A stretch of DNA of 64,000 bases from Podarcis gaigeae (taxonomy: Eukaryota): the NCBI GenBank assembly GCA_964106915.2, contig OZ066923.1. One strand, given 5' to 3'. Below, in pieces: positions 61,305-64,000 of the stretch. The number at the start of each line of letters is the position of its first letter. Positions within the stretch are counted from its first letter, which is position 1. The position numbers were made by a program, and so were the translations under genes. Under the pieces are notes generated by a model. It searched no databases, had not been told where the DNA came from, and was given only the letters and a program-made list of their open reading frames with translations.

Positions 61305-61605
61305 CTTTCGCTTATTTATCTATGTATTCATTTCATGAAATGTGTATACTACAACTGTAAAAAAACCCAAAAAGTTGTTTATAAAAAGAGTAAAACAATG
61401 AAATTATCAGTTTAAAAACACTTAAAAAATACAATTTTAAATATTAAAAAAATTAAAAATAAATGATAAGCTAAAAGCCCCATGTCAGCATTCTACATGT
61501 CCAGATAGGTTTGCCTAAAGAAAAATGTCCAGCAGACACAGAACACAGGGAAGACACCTTCCTGAAGTCAATCAGCAGGGCGTTCCAAAGGTGGGTGCTG
61601 CCAAA
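61305..61605 (-). mobile_element. Old L2-like 3' end
   Basis: Minus strand AAPTFGTP.. (decayed APxLWNxLP), AT-rich UTR, (AAAT)-like tail. Confidence 0.5.
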
Positions 61606-63079
61606 TGAAATAATATTATGAGTATTATGTGGCCCCTGCAACGGTGAACATTCAGTCAGTCCTCAACACCTGGGTGTCCTCAGGACAGGGAACATGCAGG
61701 AATTTTTGAGGAGGGGCCAGGGATTCCCTTTAACTTTACAAACTGATTGGCAAACATTGTGCCCAGGGACGTGGTTGTCATTGGCAAGGAAATCTGGTCC
61801 CTCTCCCTTCCATCCACACTTTGAACTATGGCTTTTGTTTCAGATCACTACATTCTGATACCCAAAGATTTCTGCAGGTGAAGACAGATCTATCTTAGGT
61901 GTGTGACAGAAAGTGGTTTGCACATACATTCTAATCTCTGCCTTGAAAACAAATGCCTGTAATTAATGTGCCTTCAGACAACTGTTTTCAGCACTGTCTC
62001 TCTCCCTCCTAAGATAGCCACACCCCAGTATTAAGGTAACCGAATCTGCAGTTTGTAGAGAACCCAAAGTAGACAAGCAGGCTCCTAATCTCACTGACAG
62101 ATTGATTTAAATTGATACTGGGAGAAAATGAGGTCATTTTCTAAACTGAAACTGTGCAATGTATAATTTTTCTTTAATCATGGTTTGAAATGACTAAATT
62201 CTGCACAGAGCTCATGTTTGTATAGAAGCAATATAAAGAGAGAGAAGCTCAAAATACGTCATTGCAGTGGGAAGGTTCTCAAAATGAGACGGAATGACCA
62301 CCATCACAATCTATTCAGAGTAAACTATGCAAGTTAACTCTGAAGTGTGTTGTTCAAAGGGAATTTTCCCCAAGGTCCAATGTGCACAGGCTTGTGTGCA
62401 GCTTAAAAACTGCAAAGATACATTTTACCTAAGAACATAATGCAGAACTTAACTGTTTTGTTCCTTTTGAAACCCTCTTACCTGCTCAAGAGTTATACAA
62501 TGGTTTTATCTGCTTTTGTAATTGTATAGTCTATGGTTGTGATGTGCCCTGGGACCACATGGTGGAAGACAGGTAAGAAATTACTATAAAGAAAACAACA
62601 TTGAGAGTCCTATTTATGTTGATGCATATTTGTTCAACTGTAGCAGACCATTGCAGGTTCATCTACGATCATGTACACGTCATCCGTTTCACAATCATGC
62701 ACTGAGAAAGCAGCAATGTGAGCACCGAGGCCTATCTAAATGCTTGGCCAAGTGGGTAATGGGGTCATGTCATGAGGCCAGCCCATCACCAGCACACAGG
62801 ATCCTTGGGCAACTTCCAGGACCTCAGCATCTTGACAAGAGCCCAACTTGGCAATGATGCAGGTCTAGGAGCCACCAACCATTTGAATTTCCCATAACGT
62901 TGGGAATGTTGGGAGGTGGGTGCTTTTAGTTTCAGGAACTGATTTCATGGAGTAGGACCTATAGGGCATGAGCTCATTAAGCCCCAAACCCAGCCAAGCC
63001 TGTGAAGATTCTAAGAAAGAGTTAACTACAGCTTTGAACTGTGTGATTTACTGACCAGCTTTGCTCTGTGACACTATGC

Positions 63080-63215
63080 TAGGCGTGGGGAACCTTTGCC
63101 CCCCCCCCCCAGATGTTACTGAACTACAAACTCCCATCAGCCCCGTCAAGCCTGGACAACAGCCAGGGATGGTGCTATTTGCAGTTCAGCAATGTCCAGA
63201 GGGTCAAAAGTCTCC
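63080..63215. mobile_element. Decayed hairpin MITE (CCAGATGTT..ACTACAACTCCCATCA family)
   Basis: Similar to 7706-7840; other decayed copies near 2860-2962, 27578-27655 and 28240-28335. Confidence 0.65.
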
Positions 63216-64000
63216 CCCCCCCCCCGCCCCACACTCTCTGCATTTCATCTAACAGTGGTGTGGCATGTACATGTCCCAGAAATATACAGCTGCTAACTTT
63301 AGGGCCCAGATTGGGGAGATAAAGATTGTTGGCTTTTATTTGGCAGATGTAGGCACGAAGGGGGGTGTGTGTGTGTAGGTGTGACACAAATGAGGGAAAT
63401 ACATGGATGTGGCAGGAGCAAGTAAGCTGCAAACCCATCGCCACAAGACTTGATGAGTTTCCCCACGTTGCTAAAGTCGCACGAGGCTTTGGGGTCAAGA
63501 AATCAACCCCTCTTATTTTATCTGTATCTTATCACTAATGAGTGTTTTTCTAGAAATAAACATCCAATTAACCTTTCTATTTTATTTGATAAAGGAAGCC
63601 AAATCAATGCCCTCCAAACTGAACTATGAAATAAAGAATTAAACAATGTGCAGCAGACATTGACTTCTTAAAAGCTCTATTGTGTGTGTGGTTTTTTACA
63701 TTTAAAAATGCATAATAATATAATTTATTCTATGCTTGCATCTCTGTTTCAATAGATTTCAGATTTCATGTGATCTTATTTTAACAGTAGGTTAGTTATC
63801 TGACAGTATTGTTGCTGGAGTTTATAATGAACTGATTTAATTAGATGTAGTTATTAAAATCTGAACACTTGGAGCTATTAATACATTCCAACAACAACAA
63901 AACTTGTTAATTCACAAAGTACATTAAACAGCAGTGCACACGTAAGAAAACAGGTGGATGATTAAATTGAACCTATGCAGATTGATGGCAGAGATCTCTC

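Overview
Non-coding, transposon-rich vertebrate DNA, almost certainly squamate and probably a lacertid lizard (inferred from Sauria SINEs with ACCTTT tails, Bov-B, CR1 with ATTCTATG tails and squamate-type L1/L2). I recognise no host protein-coding exon, rRNA, intact tRNA or CRISPR, so this is probably a large intron or intergenic region. The only long ORFs belong to LINEs: a 5'-truncated but still open L1 ORF2 (549 codons, minus strand) and two near-identical CR1 3' ends. The window also holds solo LTRs, many TA-flanked Tc1/mariner-pogo MITEs, hAT MITEs with 8-bp TSDs, and several multi-layer nested insertions. The most striking structural signal is two minimal hammerhead-ribozyme motifs on the minus strand inside Penelope-like fragments (6132-6170 and 23722-23759); the second lies in a perfect 75-bp inverted repeat, and in both the element breakpoints fall at the ribozyme. 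Weaker leads are a hAT MITE carrying telomeric hexamers (possible G4), a fold-back at a CR1 5' junction, a candidate 81-nt cassette exon, an unexplained 122-codon ORF and several TE-free enhancer-like blocks. Family names are from pattern recognition, not database searches.
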